From NCBI RefSeq assembly GCF_964204645.1, contig NC_134026.1:17022150-17086149 (forward strand): DNA of 64,000 bases, in the 5' to 3' direction. Origin of the DNA: Tubulanus polymorphus (Eukaryota; Animalia; Nemertea). The notes beneath the pieces are model-generated. The model worked only from the letters and a program-made list of their open reading frames with translations. It was not told the origin of the DNA and made no database searches. The position numbers and the translations under genes are program-made. Shown piece by piece: positions 22,276 to 37,500 of this stretch (its first letter is position 1; each line of letters begins with the position of its first letter).

Positions 22276-23025
22276 GGCTGGCTTATGTCGACAAGCAACG
22301 CGAAACCTACCGACGCAACTGAGAGCAACAGCGTCCGTGTCGACTGCGCTCCGATTCGCAGCAACTGAGGCCGACTAACGGGATACGAGATCCTCCCAGT
22401 TGCTTCCTGGCTTATGTCGGTTACGATTGCTGGCAACTGCAACGGCTCAGATGGTCACATCATAAGCATTACGAGAATAGATTCGAATTTTTTGAATTAT
22501 TGGGAAATATATTTCAATTAGAAGAGCTATTTCTTTGAGATCTTTATCTTGCTGATTCTGTTATGAATACAATGTGCTATATATAATATCATATAAAGGT
22601 GTCCGCTCACACCATAATTCTACCAATTTCGTTTCTTGATCTTTGCCCCAGTCATCTGCCGTGCTGAAGGTTTGGTTTACGATTTGACCTACTTGAATTT
22701 GAAAGTTTATGATTAATTACGAATGACGCTAACTATCGGTCATAATTTGTACTATGTATATGCGGTCTCCTATTGGCTGGAACCCCTGCGTTCAGTTCTG
22801 AGTCGCGTCGCAGATGGGCTTATGTCGGTTGCGATCAAAAGCAACTGTCCGCCTACAGTAGGCCGGAGTAGAATATGGGAAACTAGCCGGATACGGCTTG
22901 CGACGCAAGCCGGCTTATGTCGAACCGATAGAGCAGCAACTGGCGGCCTCTCGTAGTTGCCGCTAATCGGCGATAAACCCAGTTGCGTCGGTAGGCGTCG
23001 CGTTGCTTGTCGACGTAAGCCAGCC
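22276..23025. mobile_element. PIF/Harbinger-like MITE
   Basis: ~45-bp TIRs GGCTGGCTTATGTCGACAAGCAACGCG..CCTACCGACGCAACT; internal GGCTTATGTCG subrepeats; TAA on the left flank only. Confidence 0.75.
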
Positions 23026-23427
23026 AGTATCGCACTTTGTATTACAGATAGATGTCCATACTATGGATGGTACAATTTCTACGTGAAAACGGCACCCCCT
23101 TTAAAATACAGTTCACACGTCCGAAAATACATGTAGTAAAAGTTACACGCCTCATTAAAAACGAAAAATTACGGGGAAAACATCATTATAATGATTACCG
23201 GTATATCAACATAGCACTACAATTTCTATGACGTCTTCATTTTCAGTTCTTCGATACACATAGCTAGGTAGCAATTACTATCTGTGTATGGCATAATATA
23301 AGTCAGACACGGATCTGTGTGTGTCCACTACGTAGGGCAATTTACTACATGTAATCGCTATCTGGAAATTTTGGAAATTTTTCAAATTCGGTCACATTTG
23401 GGCTATTGATATGCTACTCAGATTAAC

Positions 23428-25552
23428 TCAAATATCTGGGACAAGTTCTTCTTCTGGTAAGCAAATAATCGGTATCTCGTGTATTGTCACCGTGTGTGAC
23501 GTGCTACCGTCGATGTCGATTGCTGGTCGAGTATTTCCCCAAACACGATGAGGTTCATTAGGTACGAACTCCTCTTCTATACTGTCTTGGGGTGAAAGTC
23601 TGCGAGAGCTGGCACAACTACTGTCACTACCTAAACTTGTGCTTCGCATTTCAGGTGCCAATTTATCTCGTTTAAATCGATATATTTCACCAGGTTCTGT
23701 ATGTTTGCGATGTAACCGTGGTCTAGAGCGGGGAGATCGAGAACGTATTTCAAGTTTATTTTCTTTGTTCCCTTTCAATTCGGGTTCGACTCGACTAAAT
23801 TCGTTAAATAAGGCGTCACTTTTTGAATCTATACTGTAATCACGGGGTAAAGTTCGGGGTTTTAGTTCACGAGTAAGAGAATGCGACTTGAAAAATCGAC
23901 TGAACACTGAAAATTTGCTGGGAGCTGAATTTTCTTCGAAACTGTCACCTGATGGAGGTTCTGATTTGGAATCAGTTTCGGGTTCGTTAATACTTTCATA
24001 TACATGTATTATTTGCCGCTCGGCTCGATACTCTCTACGTTTTTTGGACGCAGTTTTTCCATTTCGTCGATCGAAATGCGACCCTGGCTTTACAGATTTT
24101 GAACGTTTCGATGCGATTGCCAAAGTTGGCAATGCAGCCGCATCGGGGGATTTATCTACTGAACTTTGTACATCGTATTCTTCCTCCTCTTGTTCGTAAC
24201 TACCTGTATCGAGAGCGAAGTGTATTTGTTTTTTCGAAAGTTTTGGTGGCTTATTTGTTTCCAACGACTTGTAGCCACTATCTGCTTTCATCTGCTGTAA
24301 TTTATGAGTTTGACTGTCACCGGTACTATCTGTGTTGTCAGTAGTGGACTCAAACGAAGTTGTAGTATCAACAGGTCGACTGGTATCGGACACTTCACCA
24401 TCTGTGTCCATAGTTTCAACGCTATCAAAGCTGTTTTCTGTGCTTGTTTTTACCTCGAACTTCTTCAGTCGTTTCGACAAAATACTCGTATAAGTTTGCC
24501 TGCGAGCTTCGTAATTCGGATGAAGTAAATTATATTTAGAGAATTCACCGGGCGAATCAGCCTGCTGATCGCTCATCACATGATCACTTTCCTCTTGGAA
24601 TGTCATCGGTTCAGTGTTTGATTCGAATGAGGTTGTATACGACGTTGTTGCTATCTCTCTATCCGGTGATTGATCCGGTGATGCTGTATCCTCCATTTGA
24701 ATAGTGTCGCTTATATCTTCTTCTTCTTCGAATGTCGTCCTGAGATTCCACAATTCCCGATATTTCTGAGATCCATTTAATGTTTCTGTGTCGTCACTAC
24801 CAGTGAGACTCATCGCCTCAATAACTATTTCGTCCAGCATTTCAACCGCCGCATCGCTGTTGACATCTTCTTTGCTACCGGTATCGTTATAGCGAACTTT
24901 ACTACGACTCAAACAAGGTGAACCCCCACCTTCAGAAACAACGTCGTAGTCAGCATTATAAAAGGGTCCTTTATTTAACTTGTTATCGAATTCATATGCG
25001 CACAAACCTCCGTCGTAACTTTTTACACGTCGTTTTCTGGCAGAATCCCTCGGATATATATCATTTGAATCCACTGGACTCACAGTTTCCATACTCACTG
25101 AGTGTCTATTGGCTGGTGTTGATCGTACTACCATATGGTTTTCTATTGGAAAAACGCCGTTTTCGTTTTGTTGCCTAGTGGGTTTCATCTTACTTGATTG
25201 ACTGGCGTTACTCGTTTTACTACGTATACTGCCAAGGCTACTATTACTGTTCGAAATACAATGTACGTCAGCGCGGACTTCGGTTTTCGTACCTTTAGGA
25301 ACAGGCGACAGAGCTTCCTGTTGTACATTTGGTAGCATAGGGGTAGATGGATCAATGTGGACGTCACAATAACTATCGTTGAACATGCTGGGGTCATCTG
25401 TCATTGAGCGAGTGTAGCGATCACCGATGTGACGATCTTGGTAAATCGTTGCTGGTACGCCAACTGAGCATTGTCGTACAAGTTGTGATAAACTTGGTCC
25501 CTTCTCAATTCTCATTTTCTTCAAGTGATGATAATCTCCGTCCGTGTAACGA
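23428..25552 (-). CDS. CBARP: CBARP-like terminal coding exon
   Basis: Acceptor ttttttccag|T CGT TAC; 708 codons including the stop. Confidence 0.9.
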
Positions 25553-28500
25553 CTGGAAAAAAAATAATATTCGAATTGATATTTATACACTTTTCGAATA
25601 AATAATTCTCCTACCTTGCGTCACTAATTTACCATGAATACAAATACACACCTCGGTTTGTAACGAGATACGACATTCAAGTTGAATTTCTAAGGTTCAA
25701 ACATACAATCACGATAGGTTTGTATGACTGATTACTCTCACAACTGGAATGAGCATTTTACCCCCCCCCCCCCTATTATCATGTTTGGCTTAATCATTGC
25801 GACAGCTTCATTCCGCACCAACCTGTTAGTGCATCCACAGATTATTTCAAATGCATCGGGTGATCGCTTACCTAGGAACATTTTCCGTAGGGTAAGGGAA
25901 CATATTTCTGAAAATAACTTCATTGAAACGTTCTTGATGATACAAGATGATGATACCAAAAAGTAACAGAACAACTGCAGTACCTTTGAATTAACAACAA
26001 ATGTATATACTGCCATTGAATACAGTGAACAATAAATTCATGGTGACAGGAACCGAAGATATTTAGCATCACGTGGACTGGAAGTATATTCAAAGCACGC
26101 ATCTATACAAAAACTTACATTGATTTCTTTTTCTTTTTTCCGATTTCAAATGACGTATCGAAGCTAATGTATAAAGAACAGGTCATGTTTATCTCAGAAA
26201 GGGCACACTGTTAAACAAGCGATAGAAGCATTTACAGTGAGTTGCCTCATACGGACGCGTCTTAGGTTCACGAGGAAGGAACTACTGATAGCGGCTTCAC
26301 TAAAACGCTCATCCTCACCACCTTTCATGCATTCCCAGAGGTAAGACCCATTCGACAATTTGTATTGTAAGCTGTTCGATGTCAGCCGACGCATCCGCTG
26401 TCTACTACGTCGACACATATAACTAGATTTACTAGGTACCATAAGAGTAAAATCTGTCCATTTTAACAAACATTGATTTCAAAGCATGGACGAGCACTAT
26501 TGTCTTTGGTTACTCCTCTATATGGTCATATTTTGGCAGAATGTATCGACTCTTCGTTATCATTCATCTATGAATCGTACATGTCAAGGCAATAGTTGAT
26601 ATGCATGGTATGTATGTTTCGTGTGTGAACATGCTGTAGTTGTTAGACTTAGGCATTCGAACAACTCTTATAGATAGTGCTTTGGCCAACAATAAAGTTT
26701 ACATTACTGACTGTACGCACACGAATAAATAGCATTAAGAAAATATCAAACGGCGTATGGGATACGTGTGGGACCAAAATCATTTTTCAAAGAACCAATG
26801 AGCTTAATTTAATCGTATTCATTATGAAACCAGTATATGTTTTCCATACATGCACATGCAAATGAGGTATAGTTAGGGCAACATCAGATAAGGAATAATG
26901 TCAATAACAGTGGGAGAAAGGGTGTAACACATTCAAACTGCAACTCTAGTACTACAAACAGCACGTTTTTGGATGGGGCAGTGTGGGTTTTGTCGAATTC
27001 ATTCATGAAATTCACGTCACGCAGAAAGGTGAGAAAACTATCATCATTGAAATAAAAAGCCTCAATACGCCGTAGCGATACCCGATACGGAAAAACCTTA
27101 TCAAATCCTTTGATATTGAACTAAAGTAATTAATAACCACGACATTCGTGGTTGATAACGACAACAATATTTTGTCCGGTACAGAAACCATCATTTTTCA
27201 TTATCTTAACCACATGAATTACAGAGAAATAGTACCCAGACTATACCATAAAGTCATATGATATTAAGAAAAGGAACAATAGTTATGATGATGATAAGGG
27301 GCCGACCATGAAAAGACATCCACGCTGTAGGAGGATTGGGTCTTTGTGGACAAGGGGGAGGGGATTCCTCTGATATGGATGTTCATCTTTAAAGTGGGGG
27401 TCACTAGTTTATGGGCAAAAGTAAAAGTAAATTTAACATTGCAACATTTTGAAATATAACTCATTCAAGGATTTTCTACGTTTATATTGAATTAATCAAT
27501 GTTAACCTATATGCTGCATCAAATTTTTATCAATTGTGAAACTTAAGGTCCACTGACCGTCGGAAAAGGAAAGGGGGTCAAGCTGATATGGATTTTATGT
27601 GGACATTTGCCATATTTTGTGTGGACATCTGTTATGGACAGCCCCTAATCATGGCCAGAAGGAAATTACCCGAATGAACTTTTTAAAGCCGTGGCCAAAA
27701 CCAAGTCTACCCGAAGCAAATGTGCAACCATATTTACGTGGGTACGCGCATCAAGACCAGGCTTCGCACCATTATAAAAAACATGGCCTTAACCTTCTTG
27801 TTCGAAAACTAGTATATAAGTATTGGTTCCGACGTCCACATAAATGTCTCGGATATTCAGCAATAATAATAGTTTAGACTGTGTCATTTTAACGAACATA
27901 CTGAAACAGAGGGGTGTGAGATAAGGGAACGATGAAAAAAGAAACACGAAAAAAGAAAAGAGATTGAGCAAATCTTTCAAATGATCTAATAATTGAAATA
28001 GTAAACTGCAGTTTGAACGAACCTACAACCCTTCCTGAACTGTGATGGCATCATTTCAGCGGTGAGTTGGAAGGATACTCGCCTTCCTTGACTGGATTTG
28101 TCATCATCAACGCATACGACAGTAGTTCTAGAGTCTCGCCTGCTGCTGCTTGTATACTGGCTACTGTCGCGGCGACTATCCATATCCAGTTGACTCAACG
28201 ATACATCAGATATTTGCGATATCTGAGATTGATTTTCAGCTATAAAAGTAATGTGTTAATGAATTATTTAATCATTGTATGACGATTAAAATATACGTCT
28301 TCTATGCTCACCTTTGAGCGATTCTTGGTATCGGGCAACTGCAATATCAATATTTTCATCATCATCTTGACCCGCCATTCCCTCTTCGAGTCTGTTAAAA
28401 AAGTATAAATGTCATCCATCAGAGGTCGATTTTCTGCTTTGGTAGTCCGGAATCATTCCCGACCATAAAAATGGTCAAAATCGTTTATTTGAAAACAATT

Positions 28501-31500
28501 TTGGTATTATTGCTTTGTTTACTTGTCGAACCGGTAAAAACTCCTTGCAAAATCCTGGTACATGTATAGTTTTTGGCCCGATCTATACATGCTTTTTGAC
28601 TCTTCTGAAGGAAAATCTGAACGTGTCACATTTTCTTGATATCAATTCCCATTCTCCAAAATTTGATAGCGCATAGATGTCGCCAGAATTTCGCATGCCC
28701 ATTCAAATATTAAAATTCAATATTCAAAATTCGGACCTATCAGAACATTTCATTCGAATTTACATGTACGATGTTAAACCATGTGGTCAACGGGGTGGTC
28801 AATCCATGTTTGTGGGCACATTTGCTACTGAGCTTAGATAAAATGCGATACTATTGTAAGAAATCACTCTATTTATGTCTCCGCGGTGGAGGGAAGGTAT
28901 GTTCTTTTGCTCAAAGTGTGCTCTCGAGGCCGCTGCAATCCTTGATGGATGTTTTCTATCAAACCAAGTATGCCGACAGAAAACCATGCTCAAAGCAGAG
29001 TGAATAGAGACCGCTTTGTATAATACCCGGAAGTTCACTGTTCATCAGCAACTGTATCGGTATATGTAGCAAGCACTAACCTAGCCTTGTGGTAAATTGC
29101 AAGACTGCTAGATGCATATGGTTAGGGTATCGATTCTTGAATTTACTGTATATTCCGCACTCGTATTATCTCGCCGAGTTTTAATGAAAGATCTACATTT
29201 ACAACATAGATTTTAATTTGGGATACCAAAACATTTTGGATAGCATTTATGTCCGACAGTGCCAGTCATCATTGGGTTAGACTTGCATTGATATAGAATT
29301 AAGTTTCCACTCTAACAAATTAGAAATATCCGTTTTGGGTTTAAATCGGATGCATGCCAATTCGAGTCAACTTTATTTGGATAGTCTCATATTGCTCTTC
29401 ATATCGAAAAAATTTTAATGGATAGTCACATAGTGCCTTTTCATATCGAAAGTAATTTTAGGGCCTTATCGTGAACCATTCATGTCAGACCCGGAACCCG
29501 ACGATAAAATTGTGATTTCTTTATGTAATTCATAAAAGGTTTGCAAATCAATAAAGCTGCTATTCAGAAATCCCGTATCGCTGCTATATTTCTGAATCGA
29601 TTTCCAGGAAACATGGTGTGAGTATTGGGGCAGGAGAGATGTCCATCCCTTTTAAATGTAGAGATCATGCACCAACAAATATGACTACCTGGGCATATTA
29701 TGCATCTTGAATTTCTTGTTAGCACGATACAGCCTACAATTCTTTAAGGATTACCACGAAACATTATGTAAAGATTGGGGCAGGTAGAATGTCCACCCCT
29801 CTCGAAAAAAGAGGTCATCGCCAATTAGATATGGTGACACGGGCAGCCATCTTGGAGTCTTATTGCATGATGAAAATATATGTTTGATGATATCATTTCA
29901 GCCATATTTGATGGATTTCCAAGTATCTTGATTTGAGGAAGAATTAGGTTTATCTAATTCAGACTTGAACGAATGATTCTTACAGCGTCAATGAATATAA
30001 TTAAGTTAATTCTGTTGTTTTCTATAAAGTATGCAATAAATATGTTACGTGCCATCGTTTGCCTACCCCGAAGAGACTTAAGTGGCGGCGCCAGATTCTA
30101 GTTATTCAAGATGTAGTTCCGATTTTGTTATGATATCATTGTGGGACACCCGAAACAGAAAGAGCTTCAGGGGCGGATACAGGATTTTATAAAGGGTTTA
30201 ATATTGTACGAGCGGGGGATGGGCCCCCGCTAGTAAATTTTTTTTTGAAAAATGAAGTGCTCAGAGGCTCTCAGAAGCATTCTAAAACTCCAACTAAGTA
30301 TAACCGTCGACTCGATTGTGACAATTGGGAATTTTGAGGTGTGGGTGTGTGTCTAGGCTACTGTCTGGGTTCCAGACCAGAGAATTTTCGAAAATAATTT
30401 GAACAGAGACGCGTTCAGGGCCATTCTCACGCATGAATCAAGAAAATATAGGTGTTTAAAATTTTTTTTTTTTTTTTTTTGGGGGGGGGGGGTGACTAGC
30501 CACCTCGTGCACCCCCCTGTATCCGCCCCTGCAGCTTCAATATTTTTCGGTAGGATTTACAATCTCTAGTAACGGATTCAAAAGTTTAGATTTGGGAAGG
30601 GACGAAACTTCCTAGGTGAAGCCTTATAGCGAGGTTCAAGATTTGTCCATTCATGGATATGTTTAAAGAAATGATAAGTTTCTGGGTTTCTAGAGTGATT
30701 CTAAAACAAAATGACCAGTAATAGTGTAATCGAAGTAAAATATTGACCTCGGACCATGTCCCCTTAATCCGCCCCAGATCTTAATTTCAACTTACGATCT
30801 TCCCATCGTACCATGCATGAATTCAAAGCATTTTTTAGAAATCACTTACAGCTCATCGTGTGATGTTTTATCATTGTCAATGTATAGAACTTGTGATTCA
30901 GAAATCGAATCGATGCTGTCGAATTTCGGCAGAGGAATGAACGTTCTCTCAGGAGAGTTTTTAGAAAATACGGCTGGCTGCCTGAAATGAAAATTATAAT
31001 AAGCGCAGATGATTACGAGTTGCTTTTCCCGCTTGATTCGTTGTGAATAATTCACTGTATTTTTGGTACAACGTCAAGTAAAATGCCACACCTTGGCATA
31101 AAATCATAACGACGTATTCTACATCACACCTGTTAAGGGAGACGAAACGATAGTATTCGTCCAACAGGCAATTTTCCAGTTCGTGATGTACCGGTATACT
31201 AAAGGAAGGAGCAAATCGCCAAACCAGACTATATCCAAAACGAAAATGGATACACGCTTCTTAACACGATTTATGTCGACGGCCGATTAGATTATATCCG
31301 GTTGAGAAGGGATGAACAAAATGAAAAACGTTTTGGGGGACACGTCCGTCCTTCATGTTTTCATGTTTATCAAGAAAACCTGCAATTAGTAATGAACGAA
31401 TCAACAATTGATATAGTTGATTATTATATACCCTAGCCGAAGTCACGGGGGATATTTTGGTTTTGGCTGGGCTATGCCCCTGTGAAGTTTGCACCGGTAT

Positions 31501-34500
31501 TGTTTTCACAAAATTTGGGTGCGGACGCGGGCTTGCGGGCAGGGACGGTCGTGGGCGAAAGAATCGATCTGTTCCTTTACGGTGTTTCCACGATGCAGCT
31601 GTGAGGCGGATGAATTGCACGGACGCGTTTTTTACGTATCGCAATGGATATCCTCGTCAATAATGCATGTGGCATTAGAACAGGCCCCACTCTAGCGAAG
31701 ACCCAAACTCTAGCGATAATTGCCGGGTCTGCGGCTAGTTTCGTGGAAACCTAACTCACGCAACCGCGCCATCTGTCCACCACTATGTCCGTACTTGTCC
31801 TGTGGAAAACCAGCAACATCGCGAAAATTAAAAGATTCTGTTAGGTGAACATTATATAGGTCATAAAGTATCCAAGATTGCCGACTGGCAGCAATCTTTG
31901 AATCGAAAAGTGTACATGTTCGCCTATGATTGATTTATTTCATATAGAGCAATGATATCAACCCGTTCAATATTTTACATGTCTTCTGCAGTTGGATCTG
32001 TTCATACATACCTTTTAAGCACCTTTTTCTTTTTGAAACAATATTTACAAAACAGTATCACAGAAATAACGAGCACGAGACCTCCAACAACCCCGGCTAT
32101 TAATACAACTATTGTTATCAATGGCTGCAAAGAAGATTGATGAACTGGACCCTGAAATGAGAGAATGTGAGAACAGAGAATGATTTTCGAGTCCATTAGC
32201 CTTGATTCTATATATCATCGCTTGCATTGAATCCAATAAGGGAACAATACGTAACACGATTTTTGAAATTTGACATTTCACCTCGTAAAGCATAAGGGCG
32301 ATTGCGTAACTAATGGTCGATTGGAATAAACTTATTTTCCTGAATTGTATTCTAATATCAATATGAATAGCAAACCTAAGGAGACAGCTTATTGAAGATT
32401 ATTGGTTGCGTATTGAACGATGTATCTTTTCAAAGAAACAGGAGGCCCTTTAAAAGTTAAGCATGCCAAAGGGAAAAAATTAGATGAATTAGTAGATAAT
32501 ATTGAGATTGTGCGTCCTAACATTTTGTGATTTTCTAGGTACCATAGTTCGACGTTTTAAACTCGAAAAACCTTAAATGTTAGTGCCTTGAATATCCCAG
32601 CTTTAGAAGTCATCAAAAAATCTGGTAAATCACTCATCAGAATGTAAAATGGCTACACGTTTTTGAATGATACGCAAACGACTTCGAGCCGATTGAATTA
32701 TCAGATAATCATAATTCCTACAATTCCTACCGAATAACATACGGTTATATGAATATCATAAGATTTACATAACCATAGACTCTGAAACCTCAATCATTTA
32801 AAGTCCCTGATATAACGAAAATCTTCGCATAACGCAGAAGTAAATATTCGAATCTGATTCATCTGTTTGGATTTGATTCTAATAAAATGGAAACAAACGC
32901 ATGAGCACTTCTCATTGGTTCAATCATTATCATACAATATGTTTCATCTGTTGACTGTTGACATTATGTCAATTTCTACATGAATATACGTAATGATACT
33001 CTTGTCTAAATAAAAGATGCACGTAAGTCGAATCCCCGCCATTCTTCTCTATATATTCGTTATTCGAACTCACGATAAAACCAGAGCCAAACCATGGACT
33101 CAAAAACGAAGGATCCGTTGTCAAACATACAATTCTAATTTCCTCTTTAATTTACTCTTTACTAATCTACTCTTAAGGTCAATTAATTCGTATAATTGAT
33201 ACCGTACATATATCCAATTTATTATTGTGGAACATCATAAGGATATCATGAGTATACAAACTATAGTATATACTTGAATTAAAACATACTACAAATTACC
33301 AGCCCATTAATACTAAATTAGTACTAAAAGTTATCACACAGCTTAATGAAAGGGTTCATCGAACTAATATATTACACTACTAGCTTGAATCTAAAACATC
33401 TAGAATCAAAAGTCCATTTTCGCTTATAATTCATGGCATTGCACTGCTCAAATATACCACAAGTCAACAAACACAGTACAAAAATATTCCAGTTCAATTT
33501 TTTTAAGATATTACAATTATTCAATATATTCATTATTCTTATTAATTCTAACAATTTATTTTATTGTAAGAGAATTTAAAGAATTTATCCCAACGAAAGA
33601 TTCCATTGCAACAAATTTCAGTCTCATTGCAAATGAACAAATTTGGAGAAACATTTTGCTTAGAAATGTTCTTGAAAATCACCAAGTGGGGATTTGTACC
33701 TACTTTGAATATTTGGGGATTTTTACCTCGGGGATTTTTTACCTACAACCAACTAGAATATATTCCCCATCAAATACGATGACTTAGAATGAGAAATACA
33801 AATATGGTTCAATATATGAGATTATGAAAATGTAGATCATAGCAGTAGACAGTTAGTTGAGATTCATTTGTTTTGTGTTTTATCAATCAATGTATTTCAT
33901 TTAATTTTAGTACAAACTAAACGCTTGAATTGCTTGTGACACGACCAGGTATGAATTAGAATTGATCGGCTCAACATTTCGAATGCAAATTTGGCTTTTG
34001 AGCAATGGGAAATTAGAAGTGCTTGTGAAACAGCTTTCACAATACGCCCATTACCTCGAATTGCGATAAGTTCATTGGCACATGTGACCGTTGTTTTGTT
34101 ACATTCGATAGCGAGTCGAATAAGCTATGAAACGACAGCAGAATCGCAAAAACAACAGAAGTTCATTTTATCCTACATGATGATGCTAAATTCAGTGAAA
34201 TCGATTGTGTTCTGAAATATATTAACTATTTTTCCTGGATACCTTTTGTTTATTGTAGCGATTCTATGCGGTTTAATGTATTAATCTGCATTAACTTATT
34301 GACCGTTTTCAAGAACCCGAAAATTACGATTTTCTGGAAATCTGCTTTCTTCAAAGACAATCCAAACCCAAACCCGAAATAGTGTACAGTTAGTTCGCAC
34401 CGTATACATTCTCGGATTCGAGAATATTGAAAAAAGTTTGGTCCAAACGTAAAATAAAACGTTCAGTGAAAGAAAATACGCTCAGCAGTGGCTAATCACT

Positions 34501-37500
34501 TCACGTGATTAATTGGTGACCAAATATATTGGAAAACTCCGCATTTGGTGTTAAACGAATTATTGTAAATCTCAGAATGTATGCTCTTCAAAAAGGTGGC
34601 CTAGTACGAAAATATGTACTGTCCTGATTTGTCCTAAAAGATGTTGCAACCATTATTTTGTAAGATGTTCAAATATTGGCAATAATTGGGTAAGTTGGTT
34701 GAATTCACATACGTAAAGATATTTCAGAAAGGACACCTAAATTTCACACCATTCAATATCATAAGGGAACACATTTCTTTGAAAAATGCATAATTGTTTC
34801 TGAACACACTTCTATATCCTGTTTAATCATGGACTTTAAAACGATTAAGACGTTAAGACATTAAACAATTTTAGAGTCCATGGTCAAATGTATTTTGGGG
34901 TATGCGGTAAATGTCCCGTAAAAATGTCCCTGGAAAATATGTCCCCGGAAAAATTTCCCAGGGAAAATATGTCCCAGTCAATCATTACTTGGTAATGTAG
35001 TTAATTTCACATCATAATAACACCAGAGAACAAACTTGGTAATACATTTCAATTACAATTTCAACAATTACTAAATTAGTAATGATAGACCGGAACATTT
35101 TTTTTTACTATATGGGACATTTTTTCCATCGGAAATTTTTTTCCGGGGACATATTTTCCGGGACTTTTTTTCCGGGGACATTATTTCCCGGGACATTTTT
35201 ACCTACATTCGTATTTTTGCTATAATTGATATAACTAACACTTATTTATTATAACTTATTTTTAGCAGGTTTTTAGCATTGTTTAAAATGTGAATGATTA
35301 GGGTTAGGGTTAGGATTAGAGTTAAGGGTTACTATGAGGCATCAATTCAGGAATTAGTGAACTATACCATTGGCTGTTGGGAGACTGTTTCTCTGTTAAG
35401 GCATGTGAATATATCATTTAATATAATAGACATGTGACGTTGCTGTATATGATGCGTATGTCTCCAAATCAACCAACCTGTCGAAGACGAGTTTCCTGCT
35501 AGTATATAACAAAATGATATGTAAATTTAATAACAAATGATTTTTGGGAATAATTAAGAAGGTGGAAGATGTCCTCGGAACAGAATACATGACGATCAGC
35601 ATACTCGTTCGCACGGAACCTAACTGGCGTGAGAGGCCTATCGTCAACCGTCCGGTACAGTTATCACCTTACTGACGGTGTCTGCCTGTTAACCGCCCTG
35701 TGCAGTCATAAACTAACTGTTGTGTAGGGTGTCATCTGTCAACCGTCCTGTGGCATCGTCACCTAACTGTTATTTAGGAAGTGTGTCATCTGTCAACCGT
35801 CCTGTGGAGTCATCACCTAACTCGCGTGTAGGGTGTTGTCCGTCAATCGTCCTCTGGAGTTATCACCTAACTGGTGTGTAGGGTGTCATATGTCAACCGT
35901 CCTGTAGTCACCACCCTAGTATGTAAGATGTCGCGTGTCATCAGCTGTAGAATATGGATCCCCAATCAAGGATCTATTTTCATGGAACTTCTTTTAGTTT
36001 CATGTTATTACGCTTTTGTGTTTCAGCTTGCGCAATAATTCCCCGATTTACTCCAAAATTATCTCTACATGTTGCACTATAATGTCGTATATCGGACTTG
36101 GGCCACTCATTTCAAAATTTATGATATTGTTTCATCAATATCTATTACTTTAAAGCAATTCACTTTAAGAACTTTGGTCAACAGTGAGTCTGGCCTGCAA
36201 ATCTAATCTTCGGGAGACCAAATAGTCTTTCCAAAAATCATATTGCTAATACATTCCTAATTTCATCCTTTCGCCATGAACCTACTGGATTTAGGGCCTT
36301 CGGGTATTTTAGATGGTTGTAGGTAAAGATCCCCTAGGTAAAGTCCTCACTTGGCGATTTTTCAAGAATATCGGAAAGCAAGATATTTATCCAATTATAT
36401 TCATCCACAATACAACTGAAATATGTGCATTTAACTCTTTGTTGCGATAAATCTTTAAATAAATAGATAGAATTAATGAAATTAATGAACTTTTTACGCA
36501 TAAAATGTTTTAATAATTCGAACTAGATAACTCTTTTTGATTTATGGTTTATTTCACTGTGCTATACGATATAATATTAGAAATAACGAACTTTTAATTT
36601 GGAATATCTTCAATTCGAGCTTGTAATATATTTTAATTGTGCGATGAACTCTTTTTAACTTGCGAGTTGCTTGCGAGCGATATGAACTGTGCGATAACTT
36701 TAAGCATTAATGAACTGTTAATTATTTTAGTCATATTTTTCAAACCTCATTTGTAAAATAATTAGTATGCTCATGATATTCTTTTGTTATACGGTACAGT
36801 AAAATATAGATAAATTGGATATACTAATATGAATTAATTGAACTGAAGATTGTATCTACTTGCATTTCAACTCAAGAGATGGGGGATTTTTACCTATTTT
36901 GAAGAGTAGGCATTTTTACCGAGTAGATTTTCACCTCTAACCATTTTGGATACATGTGAGGGCATTCTGAGCGTGCGATTTTTGGGTAGGGTTGTAGGTA
37001 AAATCCCCTAGGTACTAATCCCTTAGGTAAATATCCCCAATTATTCAAAGTATTATGACCTGGATTCGATTTACGTATAAATATTTTCGTGTAAATTTTG
37101 AACAACTTGGATTTCGCGATTTTAATACCTTGTTAATTTTAGATGACAGCAATACCTTCAGTTACATGTAAAATATGACAAATACGGACATAATCCCACA
37201 GACCAAAATCCCACATGCCATATTCCCATACCCAAAATACCATAAACCAATATCCCACATAATTCCGGACAAAATACCACATTCAAGTTTTAGGAATATA
37301 TAATCATAATGTATTTTAAAATATTCCTGTTCAAGTATTCTATTCTCAAAGAATATATCAAAAGTTATCAAATCTTCAAACGTAAATCAGTTTGTTGATA
37401 TTTGCATGGCCCTTTTGATCTACTGGGAATAATGAATAATAAGTACACATTAATTATTATTATGTCTAATGTGTTCATGCTAATTTCAGCTTAACACTGT

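Noticed and set aside
23639-25601. Several short plus-strand ORFs
   Set aside because: Antisense to the large CBARP-like exon.
27599-27880. Extra CBARP exon after acag at ~27880
   Set aside because: The frame required by the previous exon hits a stop after seven codons.
31261-31695. Overlapping ORFs in a GC-richer intronic block
   Set aside because: No recognisable domain or phase-compatible splice sites; probably a repeat.
35298-35330. Interstitial telomere (TTAGGG-like; also ~39464-39500)
   Set aside because: Only a few degenerate units; such tracts are common inside invertebrate MITEs.
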